Program-made: the position numbers and the translations under genes
The notes under the pieces: generated by a model
Databases searched by the model: none
What the model was told of the DNA's origin: nothing
The model's input: only the letters and a program-made list of their open reading frames with translations
In this document: positions 28,432 through 38,900 of the stretch, piece by piece
Layout: every line of letters begins with the position of its first letter
How positions within the stretch are numbered: the stretch's first letter is position 1
Virus record (IMG/VR): IMGVR_UViG_3300042895_001344
Location: 62,001-126,000 of that record
DNA: 64,000 nt
Reading direction: 5' to 3' (one strand)

Positions 28432-29224
28432 TTTCTATGTCTTTGATATCGTTTATTCTAAAGTGTAGGAACGGTTGTGTATTTTCTAAATCGTGAAATT
28501 CATATTCATTAGATTCTACATCATATACTCCATACCCATGATGTTTAACTGTCTCTCCAAAATTTTGTTGTATAAGACTACCAACCATTATTGCATGACC
28601 TCCATTTGGTAATGTGAACTGTTGTCTCTTGTGAATATCACCACATAACAATAAATCTAAATCAACAAAGTTTAATTGATCATACGCATCTTCAAACTCA
28701 TAACCTAAGTCTGTCGATAACCCCATAATCGGTCCATGGAACAGTCCAACCGTTAATAAACCTTCTTGTTTTGTAAATTCAGGTCTTACGTTGTGTTGAT
28801 ATAATGAATAAACAACCCATTGAACGCTACCATCGGTATCAACATAATCACCACTATCTTTTAGGTATGTGATGTGTTGATTGTCTAATAATTGAACGAC
28901 TGGTGTTATACTATCCATACGTTGTGTATTATTCTCCAAGAAGTCGTGATTACCTGGTATTATTACAACCTTACCAAAACGAGTTAACTCTTTTAAAAAC
29001 CAACTCGTTAATAATAATTGTTCATTTGAAATATTAATTTTTTGATGTGCGATATCACCCGCAACAACAATTCTAATTTCGTTATGTGATATATTTTCAT
29101 CTGCCCATTCTAAAAATTTTACACTTAATTCATTTAATAATATTTCGAATTGTTCTCTATACAAATCATGCATTTGAATTGTACGAATATGTAAATCAGC
29201 AATATGAATTATCTTTTTGACCAT
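28400..29224 (-). CDS. Mre11/SbcD (T4 gp47-like) metallophosphoesterase nuclease
   Basis: HIADLH, AGD, PGNHD, FHG, GDIHK, GSLIQQNFGE. Confidence 0.92.
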   Translation of the reverse strand: MVKKIIHIADLHIRTIQMHDLYREQFEILLNELSVKFLEWADENISHNEIRIVVAGDIAHQKINISNEQLLLTSWFLKELTRFGKVVIIPGNHDFLENNTQRMDSITPVVQLLDNQHITYLKDSGDYVDTDGSVQWVVYSLYQHNVRPEFTKQEGLLTVGLFHGPIMGLSTDLGYEFEDAYDQLNFVDLDLLLCGDIHKRQQFTLPNGGHAIMVGSLIQQNFGETVKHHGYGVYDVESNEYEFHDLENTQPFLHFRINDIKDIENETEEHVNLG

Positions 29225-30078
29225 CTTGAAATATATTTTGATAAATCCATTTGTAGGATTGCGTTGTTAATTTGATGTGGAACTTTATATTCAACAAATG
29301 TTGCGTCGTCTTTTAATAATACAACTACATTACCTAATAATTTAGTATCGTTATATTTTGTTCCTTCCAACATCTTACGCAACAATCGACCATATAATGG
29401 TAATTGTAAATAATAATGACCTAAAGCATTATCATGATAATTGTTAAATGGTGGATATAATCTACCCGTGTAATGATGAACTTCAAAGTTCTTTGGTTGG
29501 TTTGTTTTCCAATCTGTAATAACAAATCCAAATCCATCCTTCTCTTTGTTTTGCATTAACCATACTTTATCTGGTTGTCCTGTGTATTGTTCAATTGGGT
29601 CTCCTAATACAATTTCTGTATCCAACAAGACTCCACCACGTTCTAACATTAAATCAAGAAATTGTTTTCCTGCAATAATCATGTTATCACTCTTACGTTG
29701 TTGTTCTTCATTAATTTCAAATATTGGTTGTCTAACTTCTTTGTAGTTATCGAAACGACCAATTAATTCAGATTCTAATTCAAAGTGAACACGGCTACCC
29801 ATATTAGTTGATAAATCACCAGCTTGTTTCCATTCGGCAAGTAATTGTGCTTGACCTTCAGGATCTCCTTTAGACATCTTAAGTGCCATACCGTCAGCAT
29901 CAAATGGTTTATGAAATTTCTTTACAATTTTTGATACTGACGGGAAGTTCTTTTTAATTTCACCATCAACATCTTTCATATAGTAGATGTGTTCTTCTTC
30001 TATAAATGTTAATTCTAATTCTTGTCTTCTTTTTTCTAATAAGTCATTTATCTCTAATGAGATGTCTTTTAAATTCAT
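29209..30078 (-). CDS. PD-(D/E)xK exonuclease (RecB/Cas4-like)
   Basis: PSVS, GSRVH, GQPDKV, DWKT, YYLQLPLY. Confidence 0.85.
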   Translation of the reverse strand: MNLKDISLEINDLLEKRRQELELTFIEEEHIYYMKDVDGEIKKNFPSVSKIVKKFHKPFDADGMALKMSKGDPEGQAQLLAEWKQAGDLSTNMGSRVHFELESELIGRFDNYKEVRQPIFEINEEQQRKSDNMIIAGKQFLDLMLERGGVLLDTEIVLGDPIEQYTGQPDKVWLMQNKEKDGFGFVITDWKTNQPKNFEVHHYTGRLYPPFNNYHDNALGHYYLQLPLYGRLLRKMLEGTKYNDTKLLGNVVVLLKDDATFVEYKVPHQINNAILQMDLSKYISRWSKR

Positions 30079-30079
30079 T

Positions 30080-31021
30080 CTAATCTATTTGTTTCATTTT
30101 ATATTCACTTAAGTTTCCCTGTAAATCGGCAATATCTTTATCCCCTTCTAATCTTATACTCCACACTTTCCCCATTAGTTTTCCACAATTCAATCTATGG
30201 TATAATCTTTCTTGATCATTCCACGCATCAGGATCTAGTACTATAACTATTTTTTTTGCATTATTGTAGAGTTTCATAAATAAATGTTCACTCATAAACT
30301 TTCCCAACATTGGAATTGCATTGGGAATAAAGATGCTATCAAACGCACCTTCCACAATGTATATTGGTTCATCCCAATTAATTAAATGCTCATTGAAAAT
30401 AATAATCTCCTTTTGTGCTTCGGGGTTCATGTATTTTCTCTTTGTCTTTTGTAAATAAGAACGAGCAATGAAATACGTTAATCTTTTATTCTCATCATAG
30501 GATGGAATTATAATTCTACTCTCATATGGTCCACTATAACAAAATCCAATATTATAAATTTGTAACATCAAATCAGTGATGTTTCTTTTTTTAATGTAAT
30601 TGTATGCCTGCTTGTATTGTGGGGTCATCTTTAAACCCATACTAGCATCTTTAAATGGAATAAACTCTTTAGGTAATTTTACAGGTTTGTATGTTCTTGC
30701 AGCAATCTCCTCATCATCTTCAGGTTTTAATAAAAGATATTTCTTTAATTGTTTTGGATTACCAAACTTCTTAATTAACTTATAGATTGATCCGTGGGTA
30801 TTATGTGTCTCAGCACATACCCAACATTTATAAACACCATATTTGTAATTGATTTCAAGGTTTCCCTTACCGTCTCCTTTATCTAATCCTTTAATTTCAT
30901 GTGAACACACAGGACAATCAAAGGACACTTGGTACCTATAATCATTATGATTTTTATAGTCACCAAATATATCTTCTAAAATATCAAATACGGCAGAATA
31001 GTCTACTTCTTGGGTGTTCAT
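30080..31021 (-). CDS. DNA primase (zinc finger plus TOPRIM)
   Basis: CPVC/CWVC, RIIIPSYD, IVEGAFD, LDPD, DIAD; start MNTQEV at 31021. Confidence 0.88.
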   Translation of the reverse strand: MNTQEVDYSAVFDILEDIFGDYKNHNDYRYQVSFDCPVCSHEIKGLDKGDGKGNLEINYKYGVYKCWVCAETHNTHGSIYKLIKKFGNPKQLKKYLLLKPEDDEEIAARTYKPVKLPKEFIPFKDASMGLKMTPQYKQAYNYIKKRNITDLMLQIYNIGFCYSGPYESRIIIPSYDENKRLTYFIARSYLQKTKRKYMNPEAQKEIIIFNEHLINWDEPIYIVEGAFDSIFIPNAIPMLGKFMSEHLFMKLYNNAKKIVIVLDPDAWNDQERLYHRLNCGKLMGKVWSIRLEGDKDIADLQGNLSEYKMKQID

Positions 31022-31048
31022 GATTATAATATAATAAAAAAGTATGAT

Positions 31049-31084
31049 AAAAAAAAATGGGAGCCGGACACCACGCCGACTCCC
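31049..31084 (-). terminator. Strong intrinsic terminator
   Basis: 9-bp GC stem with one G-U pair on the minus strand, followed by A and T9. Confidence 0.8.
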
Positions 31085-31120
31085 TCCAACCAAACTTGTA
31101 TTTCTACAAGTCCCGTCCTA
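31049..31120 (-). ncRNA. Candidate ~75-nt structured small RNA (GAAA-tetraloop hairpin plus terminator hairpin)
   Basis: GC-rich island: ACUUGUA-GAAA-UACAAGU and GGGAGUCGG-N8-CCGGCUCCC-A-U9; preceded by TATTTATA at 31122-31129. Confidence 0.5.
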
Positions 31121-31173
31121 ATATAAATATATCTTTTACAGCTCGTAAAGTAAAACTTTAGTTGCCGAATATT

Positions 31174-31782
31174 TTAAGATGTTTGTTTGTTCATGTTAAC
31201 ATAACCAATAACGCAACATGCCGCATCGGCCATGTCATAATTTTCTTTTTTAAGATTACCCGTTTTACCGTATAACCAATTGATATCAGGACATACATTA
31301 TTAACGTGTTCCCAAATGACGTGTTTCTTATCAATATCTCTTGGGTATCCACCAAATAAAACGTTACGTCCTTTATCATTTGGACCAACCAAATCAGGGA
31401 AAGCAAATTTTCTTGAGTTATACGTGGAAATAAATGTTGGTAATACTCCTAGCACATCATAACAGTTCTTAAGTATCAATGTATTATAACGTAATAATGT
31501 TCCTATAGTATAAATGTTATTTGACTGCAACAATGGTTCTTCAATAATAACACGAAGAATTCCCATGTCTTTATAACTTTCCAAATGTTTTTTAAATGCG
31601 TCGGCCTTTTTAATTAATTCCTCAATCTTATCTTCTGGTTGTGGTTTAATTTTTGGTGAAAAATGTGTTAGTTCTAATAATTTAGAACCCGTCATATCAA
31701 ATAAAGCAAAGCCGATCGTCTTCGTGGAAATATCAAGACCGAGAATCTTTGGTTTGTTTTTGAAATTAATATCTATACTCAT
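31174..31782 (-). CDS. RuvC-like Holliday junction resolvase
   Basis: ILGLDIST, IEEP, DMADA acidic residues of the RNase H fold. Confidence 0.8.
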   Translation of the reverse strand: MSIDINFKNKPKILGLDISTKTIGFALFDMTGSKLLELTHFSPKIKPQPEDKIEELIKKADAFKKHLESYKDMGILRVIIEEPLLQSNNIYTIGTLLRYNTLILKNCYDVLGVLPTFISTYNSRKFAFPDLVGPNDKGRNVLFGGYPRDIDKKHVIWEHVNNVCPDINWLYGKTGNLKKENYDMADAACCVIGYVNMNKQTS

Positions 31783-31821
31783 AGAGTAAAAATTAAATCA
31801 AATTAACTGAATAGTAAAGCT

Positions 31822-33936
31822 TTAGAAATCTAATTTAATTGCGAAAACTTGAGTTCCTGTTCTTTTAATTGGTGTAGATGTTTTAGCAATCACTAACGGT
31901 TCTTTTAATGAATCTAATAATGCGACTTCGGTAATATATGTGGGAGTTGTTCCGGTTGTTGGATATGTTGGGTTTTGTGATGTTAAGAATTGAGTAGATG
32001 GTAAGTTTATTAACATATTCATTTCTTCAATATCGGTTGCTCTTACTAATCTAATACTGCCAGGGAACGGTTGTTCGTCACCAAATTGTGGTTGTGTTGT
32101 TGATCCCGTTGTATTCCACAAATAATCAGTTGTTACATCTGACATATGGTCTTCTAAATCAAAAGACGTTCCACCAGTGTAATCACTTTTTGTAATTGTA
32201 AACGTATAGTTAACCAAATTTGTTGGATCAATATATCCACTAGTATATCCTGATATCTTTGATGTTATATCAATTTTTATCCATTTGGAAGTAGTTGGTG
32301 TTGTTCCTGTTTGTACTAAGGCGTAAAATTTATTAGCAATAAATCCGTCTTTAATACCGCTTGGGGTAGTGTACATATTTGGAAATGCTCCTGTATTAAA
32401 TTTAAATGTTAATTGTGAAGGGGTTCCGTTCCCTGTTATTTTATTAAAATAATTGCATGGTAATGCATTTAATGTAGATCCACTAGTACTTGTATCTCCA
32501 AACATATATGTAAACCAAACAGTATCTCCTGTGGTTGGTAGTAAGGAATTAATTGCCGTTCCGTCACTTGGTACCGATCCCAATTTAGGTGATGGTAATG
32601 TATATCGTCTATTAGATCTATAATCTAACATCGCCACCAACTCTTGATCGTCGAATACAACTATTTTGTTATTAATAAAAACTTTACCTACTTTATTAGT
32701 TTGTTCGTCTAACAAATATCTAAATTTTAATTCAAATCTAGACCCTGTTGTTCCTGAAAATGGTTTAATGTAATAATCAACAGTGTCCATTGTAAATAAC
32801 GCACCTAATGTTATTCCTGTATTTCTATGATAATTAATAAATGGTATGTAAATTTCAAAATAGTCACTATCAGTTTTATTATAGTCTCTATCATCTGTAT
32901 CTAAATCACCAAATAATGTAATACTTTCACCTGTAGTTCCCGTTAATGAACTTATATAATCATCATATTTAAAAAATCTTTCAGGATCATTTGTAACATC
33001 TCCAAGTTCAGAATAATGTATAATTGCAATACACCTTTGTTCTGACGGTAAAACTTCAACTAATTCATCGAATGAATTTTTAAATGTAGTTCCTGTTATA
33101 GTTGTTCCTACAAAATTTGTAAATGTTTGTCCTGATTTTGTATATCCTAATAATTGTTTTGTTGAAACATATTGATTACTATTATAACCACTTAAACTTT
33201 CATCTAAATCATTTGTTGGGTAATCTGCCCCGATTGGTTTGTCCGACCATACTGTATTTAATCTCCATGAATTAAGTTGTTGTGTATAATCAATTGGGTT
33301 AAATATGTCAGTTGTTGGTGATTCGTCGAAATATTCATTTAATACTACTTGTACATTACCTGTTAGTCCTGTTAAATTAGGGAGTTTACGATCTAGTGTT
33401 AATGTATTATCTGTTTTTGATACTACCTTATAGATCATACTATTTGTTTGTCCCGTAATTGTTGTACTTGAAAAACCATCTAAAACTACTGTTATAAAAT
33501 CATTTGGTTTAAAATTCGTACCATCCACCACAACCAGACTTGTTGTTCCACTTAGTTTACTATATGTTAATGGTTGTGGTGTTGTTTTTACTGTTGGTGC
33601 GGTTGAATACATAGATACAAATCCAGCACTACCCATTTCATTTCTTAAAGTTGTAGTTGAACTATTACTAATTGGTGTTCCGTATGTTGTTGAAGTTAGG
33701 GTATCACTACCTAAAGAATACGGATATTTAACACCTGATTCATTATCAAATGGAGCAAAAACTTTTTGTTGTCCTGTTGTTCCTGTTAAACCACTAAAAA
33801 TTGTATCGTAATCAAATTCAGAATCTCCTATTTGAAAGAATTCAATATTGAAAGTACCTTTGGCAATAGCCTTTCTACCCTCGTTTGTTATTCGGGCCGT
33901 TAAATATTCCGCGTGATTACTGTTTAAAAAACTCAT
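31822..33936 (-). CDS. Virion tail/baseplate structural protein
   Basis: ITNEGRKAIA...FQIGD N-terminus and ITEVALLD...IAK...PIKR C-terminus typical of tail-collar/baseplate proteins; TATTTATA at 33941-33948. Confidence 0.7.
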   Translation of the reverse strand: MSFLNSNHAEYLTARITNEGRKAIAKGTFNIEFFQIGDSEFDYDTIFSGLTGTTGQQKVFAPFDNESGVKYPYSLGSDTLTSTTYGTPISNSSTTTLRNEMGSAGFVSMYSTAPTVKTTPQPLTYSKLSGTTSLVVVDGTNFKPNDFITVVLDGFSSTTITGQTNSMIYKVVSKTDNTLTLDRKLPNLTGLTGNVQVVLNEYFDESPTTDIFNPIDYTQQLNSWRLNTVWSDKPIGADYPTNDLDESLSGYNSNQYVSTKQLLGYTKSGQTFTNFVGTTITGTTFKNSFDELVEVLPSEQRCIAIIHYSELGDVTNDPERFFKYDDYISSLTGTTGESITLFGDLDTDDRDYNKTDSDYFEIYIPFINYHRNTGITLGALFTMDTVDYYIKPFSGTTGSRFELKFRYLLDEQTNKVGKVFINNKIVVFDDQELVAMLDYRSNRRYTLPSPKLGSVPSDGTAINSLLPTTGDTVWFTYMFGDTSTSGSTLNALPCNYFNKITGNGTPSQLTFKFNTGAFPNMYTTPSGIKDGFIANKFYALVQTGTTPTTSKWIKIDITSKISGYTSGYIDPTNLVNYTFTITKSDYTGGTSFDLEDHMSDVTTDYLWNTTGSTTQPQFGDEQPFPGSIRLVRATDIEEMNMLINLPSTQFLTSQNPTYPTTGTTPTYITEVALLDSLKEPLVIAKTSTPIKRTGTQVFAIKLDF

Positions 33937-33961
33937 ATGTTATAAATATCTTTATTTTATT

Positions 33962-35281
33962 TTAATCACAAGGACAAGTTACGTTTGTAAATGATGAGAA
34001 GTATATTGCTGATGGATAGTTTGTTGCCATATAAGCACTATCTTTATTCGTGTCTATTCTTGAACAACATTCACTATTTATCGTCACAAAACTTAAATTA
34101 CCCGCACTATAATCTACATAATATATTGCTGTTAAATCACATCTCTCATACACATCATATGTTTGCGGTGTAGGAGTTGGTGGTAAAGGGGTTGAAGTTG
34201 GTGGTGCTCCTGAACAAGCTGTACAAGCTGTTTGTGCTGTTCCTGTTTGTGCCGAACCATCTCTCATAAATTCTCTTTCATCCGTACCATCAGAAACCCA
34301 AAACGTGTCATTAACTATCATATCACCATATACGTTACCATACATTGTGGAAGATAAACCTTTTACTTTTGTTAAATTACATAAAGACGTACCTACAACC
34401 GTAATATTAACATTACTATATTCACCACCAGTACATGCTGTTGGTCCGTTAACTAAACTAACATAACCACTAAACGTAGTTTCAAATGGAGTTGGTTGTG
34501 GTGTTGCAGTTGCCGGTAAAGGAGTTGGTGTTGTAGGACAACTACAAGATGTTGCACTATAATTTATAAATGAAATAGTTGCACCAACTTGGGATAATGA
34601 ACCATATTGCAAACAATCGTTTATTACTTGTGGTCCAATACCAAATGTTAAATAAATTGTCTCACCGCAACAATCAATATATCTAATATCACCAGCACTA
34701 TCAACTTCAAATCCTACAGATATTACACACTCAGGTGTTGGGGTTGGGGTTACAGTTGCCGGTAATGGGGTTACAGTTGCCGGTAATGGGGTTACAGTTG
34801 CTGGTAATGGGGTTACAGTTGCTGGTAATGGGGTTACAGTTGCTGGTAATGGGGTTACTGTTGCCGGTAATGGTGTTACTGTTGGTGTATTTGTGGGAGT
34901 TGCCGTTGGTACAACTGTTGGTGTGGGAGTTGGTGTGGGAGTTGGTGTAGTCGGCATTCTTATTGTTAAATTATTATAATCAACACATTCAACACATATA
35001 ACAGGGTCACCATCTTTTCCATTAAATTCTGATGGTACCACTCTAATTGTTTTTATTCCCTCCGGAACAACTACATATGTACCATTTAAACTTGATCTTG
35101 GAATATTGGAATATCCAACTAAAGGAAAATATTTTGACGAGTCAGATCCTGAAAGGGATCCTGTACATAAAGATCCTGAATTATTAGTACAATCATCTAA
35201 ACTACCTGTACAAGCATATAAATCAACATTTAATATTGATACACCTAAAGTAAATCCTGTTAATCGTATTGTATATGACAT
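33962..35281 (-). CDS. Cys-rich modular surface protein with Pro/Thr linkers
   Basis: Cys-rich modules separated by TPTP/PLPATVT repeats; TATTTATA at 35287-35294. Confidence 0.75.
   Translation of the reverse strand: MSYTIRLTGFTLGVSILNVDLYACTGSLDDCTNNSGSLCTGSLSGSDSSKYFPLVGYSNIPRSSLNGTYVVVPEGIKTIRVVPSEFNGKDGDPVICVECVDYNNLTIRMPTTPTPTPTPTPTVVPTATPTNTPTVTPLPATVTPLPATVTPLPATVTPLPATVTPLPATVTPLPATVTPTPTPECVISVGFEVDSAGDIRYIDCCGETIYLTFGIGPQVINDCLQYGSLSQVGATISFINYSATSCSCPTTPTPLPATATPQPTPFETTFSGYVSLVNGPTACTGGEYSNVNITVVGTSLCNLTKVKGLSSTMYGNVYGDMIVNDTFWVSDGTDEREFMRDGSAQTGTAQTACTACSGAPPTSTPLPPTPTPQTYDVYERCDLTAIYYVDYSAGNLSFVTINSECCSRIDTNKDSAYMATNYPSAIYFSSFTNVTCPCD
34746..34875 (-). repeat. 21-nt tandem repeat encoding (PLPATVT) x6
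   Basis: ggggttacagttgc(c/t)ggtaat units. Confidence 0.9.
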
Positions 35282-35314
35282 ATTTCTATAAATAGTATTA
35301 TATACAATTTAAAC

Positions 35315-35342
35315 AAAAAACCCCTTAAAATAAAGGGGTTTT
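35315..35342 (-). terminator. Intrinsic terminator
   Basis: AAAAAACCCCTT-AAAATA-AAGGGGTTTT. Confidence 0.75.
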
Positions 35343-35364
35343 AATATTGTTTTGTTTTTAAATT

Positions 35365-35922
35365 TTATGTTGAGCAAACATTAATGTTCGTTACAAATCC
35401 ACTTGCTGAAATTTGTCCTGTATATGTTGCAAATCCACCGGTTCTATAATAAGCGTGATATTCATCCTCTCCACCATAACCACTTGTTAAACCAGCATCA
35501 GTAAAGAATTGTTCTACATTGGCTGCATTATTTGTTGCTGCAAATACTTCAGTTAAGGGACTTTGAGGTTCTCCACCACTACCAGTAATAGCAGCACAAG
35601 CCTGTCCAATATTCGATTGTGTAACTGATGTTCCTAATTGATATGAATATGATGTTACTACAGGTGTTGGACTCGGAGTAGGTGTTGGGGTTGCGGTTTC
35701 CGGCGGCCACGGGATTGTATTAGTACAAGTACCTGTACTTGCAATTGTTCCCCCTGTTATAGCATCATTAATACCGGTAATTGTATGACCTGTTGTTAAT
35801 TGGGCTTTTGTAATACCAGAGGCTAATTCTGATACAACGTTAGCATTTGTTGTTCCTGAAATATTAAACGGACCCGCCGAAGTTCCTGACGATCCCGATG
35901 TTAATGTAAATGTTACTGTCAT
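35365..35922 (-). CDS. Small two-domain virion protein with PT linker
   Basis: Thr/Gly-rich N-domain, TPTP linker, Cys-bounded C-module; TATTTATA at 35939-35946. Confidence 0.7.
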   Translation of the reverse strand: MTVTFTLTSGSSGTSAGPFNISGTTNANVVSELASGITKAQLTTGHTITGINDAITGGTIASTGTCTNTIPWPPETATPTPTPSPTPVVTSYSYQLGTSVTQSNIGQACAAITGSGGEPQSPLTEVFAATNNAANVEQFFTDAGLTSGYGGEDEYHAYYRTGGFATYTGQISASGFVTNINVCST

Positions 35923-35969
35923 ATTATTTGTTTCTTTTTATAAATATCTGTTTATTTTGTTTTATTTTA

Positions 35970-38900
35970 TTAAGGTGCTTCTGCACAGAATGATTTATTG
36001 GATACTATTCCGGTATACGAAATGTTTCCTGAATATGGTGTGGCTCCTACACTATTTAAAGAAAACGCATGTGTTTCGTTCTCACCAGTATAAGTAGTTA
36101 CTAAATTAGGATCTAAAAAGAATTGTTCTACATTAAATGGTTGATCTGCTGTTGCATATACTGTAGTGTAGAAATCCATACCGAAATTATCACAAGCCAT
36201 ACTCGATGATGTATAAGATGGTCCTAATTGATAAGCATATGATGTTGCAGGTGGTGGTGTATTAGTTGGTGTTGGTGTTGCCTCCTCCGGTACAGGTGTT
36301 GCTGTTGCTGGTAATGGTGTTGCGGGTATTGGTGTTGCTGTTGCTGGTAATGGTGTCGCCGTTGCCGGTACAGGTGTTGCCGTTGCAGGTAATGGCGTTG
36401 GTGTTGGACAACTTACACAACCCTCTTGTGGATAAGCTCTATTTGTTGATCCCGATTTTTGATAATATCTTGATTGTCCGAATCCTTCACTTAACCAAAA
36501 ATACCCGTTTGGATCGATTTCTGCTTGAATAATACCACCTTCTATATAACTATTTGCGTCACACATTGTTCCATAAAATCCATTAAATTGGTATGCAAAA
36601 TATGGTGTAAAACTTCCACCATTACATGCATCATAACCACTATCTAAACTAATATAAGCGGTAAACGATGTTGCAGGTATTGGTGTTGCTGTTGCTGGTA
36701 ATGGTGTCACAGTTGCTGGTAATGGTGTCACAGTTGCTGGTAATGGTGTCACAGTTGCTGGTAATGGTGTTGGTGTATTAGTTGCAGGTTGAGCACATAA
36801 TGAACTACAACTTGTAACACCTAATGCAAACATAGTTGTTAATAAAGCAATCTGTGGAGTTGTTGAATTAACGACCTGAAATATATAACCTGTTTCAGGG
36901 TCTAATCTAAACCTTGCGTTTAACACTAATTCTATATCATTAGCAATAACAATAGTTTCAACATATTCACAACTACCATTTTGTAAACATTGATATCTAT
37001 CCGCCTCATAATAGAAATTAGGGTCAGGTGTTGGTGTTACTGTTGGTACATTAGTTGGTATATTGGTTGGTATATTGGTTGGTATATTGGTTGGTACGTT
37101 AGTTGGTATATTGGTTGGTTCTGGTGTATTAGTTGGAACCGCCGTTGGTATTGCCGTTGGTACGTTAGTTGGTACATTAGTTGGTATATTGGTTGGTATA
37201 TTGGTTGGTACTGCTGTTGGTACGTTAGTTGGTAATGGTGTTGGTGTGCTGTAGATAACATCAACATCAACATTAAAGTTACAATCTGGCGTTGGAGTTG
37301 GAGTTGGTGTTGTAGTGTTAGTAGGTGTTGGGGTTGGTGTATTTGTTGCTGGTAATGGTGTAGGGGTTGGTGTATTTGTTGCGGATTCCGGTAATGGTGT
37401 TGGAGTATTTGTATTTGTTGGTGTAGGAGTTGGTGTACTATAGATAACATCAACATCAACATTAAAATTACAATCTGGTGTTGGAGTTGCGGTATTTGTT
37501 GGTGTTGGAGTTGCGGTATTTGTTGGTGTTGGAGTTGGGGTACTATAGATAACATCAACATCAACATTAAAATTACAATCTGGTGTTGGTGTAGGTGTTG
37601 CAGTGTTAGTAGGTGTAGGAGTTGGTGTACTATATACGACTAAGACATCAACATTAAAGTTACAATCTGGTGTTGGGGTTGGTGTTGCAGTGGATGTTGG
37701 GGTTGGTGTTGGGGTACTATAAAATATTTCTACGTCAACAGCAAACTCACAATTTGGTGTGGCTGTTGGGGTTGGTGTTGGAGTTGGAGTGCTAGTAACA
37801 ACTAAAACATCGACTAAGAAATTACAATTTGGTGTTGGGGTTGGAGTAGGTGTTGGGGTGCTAGTAACAACTAAAACATCGACTAAGAAATTACAATTTG
37901 GTGTTGGGGTTGGAGTAGGTGTATTTGTTGCAGGTGATGCAGTTACTGTTGGTGTTGGGGTGGAAGGTAATGGTGTTGCAGTTGCAGGTAATGGTGTTGG
38001 TGTTGGTGAAGGAGTTGTGGTAGGTGTTGCGGTTGGTGTTGGTGTGTTTGTTGGAGTTGGTGTTGGTCCTGGCTCATATATCGCTAATCCTCCACTAAAT
38101 CTACAATCTTTTACATCATTTTGACCAATTGACACATATCCATAATCTAAATAATTTTTTACTGTACAATCATTTGGGCCATATTTGTAAGACGTAAATT
38201 TAATTTTTTCACGTCCTTCATTATCTATGAAAATTTCATATGATAGTATTTTTTGTTTTGTTGTTCCCGTAATTGATGAATTACCAATTTCAGTTCCATA
38301 TTGTGTATTTTTACCTTCTCCATCTATAGTTGATCCAGAATAGGTGTTAATATATGTAATTGTATTTTGTATCGCCCTTTTCCACAATATTTTTAATTGT
38401 GTGTCGTATGATAAATCATTATAATCTACAAGATCATTAGTGGTACCTCCACTATATAAATTAATACTAACACCATCCGTTGTTATAGTATTGTCATTAT
38501 TAATTATTGTTGTTCCAGTTAATGAGGTGGCACCACTTATTAAAACATATGTACATCCCGTTACATTTGTATTCCAAGTATCTGTCTTCCAAGTACCTGT
38601 AGTTTCATAAAGACGAGTATATATTGTACCTGATGTTGGATTACTTGTATTATTGTTTGAACTTTTTAATACTCTAAAATTAATACTTTCTGAATCGTAA
38701 ATAGTATGGGTTGAACCAGATGATATAATTTCATCAAACGAATCTTTATTTAATGCAGATATATTACCTGGATCTGTCATACCAGAATAAACTTTACCGT
38801 CAATTTCAAATACCGGATAAAGTTTAACATAACCGTCAAATTTCGTTTCTCCAGATTCATCATTTTCAATACTAAATCCAAGCTCATTGTCCGCCTGTTT

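Noticed and set aside
29209-30078. Cas4-like nuclease as evidence of CRISPR-Cas
   Set aside because: Stand-alone PD-(D/E)xK exonuclease in a recombination operon; no Fe-S Cys cluster, cas neighbours or array.
31022-31093. N-terminal extension of primase in the ORF track (MVGGSRRG...)
   Set aside because: It runs through a terminator hairpin and T run; ATG at 31021 is the plausible start.
31049-31120. tRNA or known ribozyme
   Set aside because: No cloverleaf, T-loop or hammerhead core.
36990-38124. + strand GV/WYIG repeat ORFs and the Q/H-rich minus ORF 37037-37567
   Set aside because: Antisense or alternate-frame shadows of the Pro/Thr repeats.
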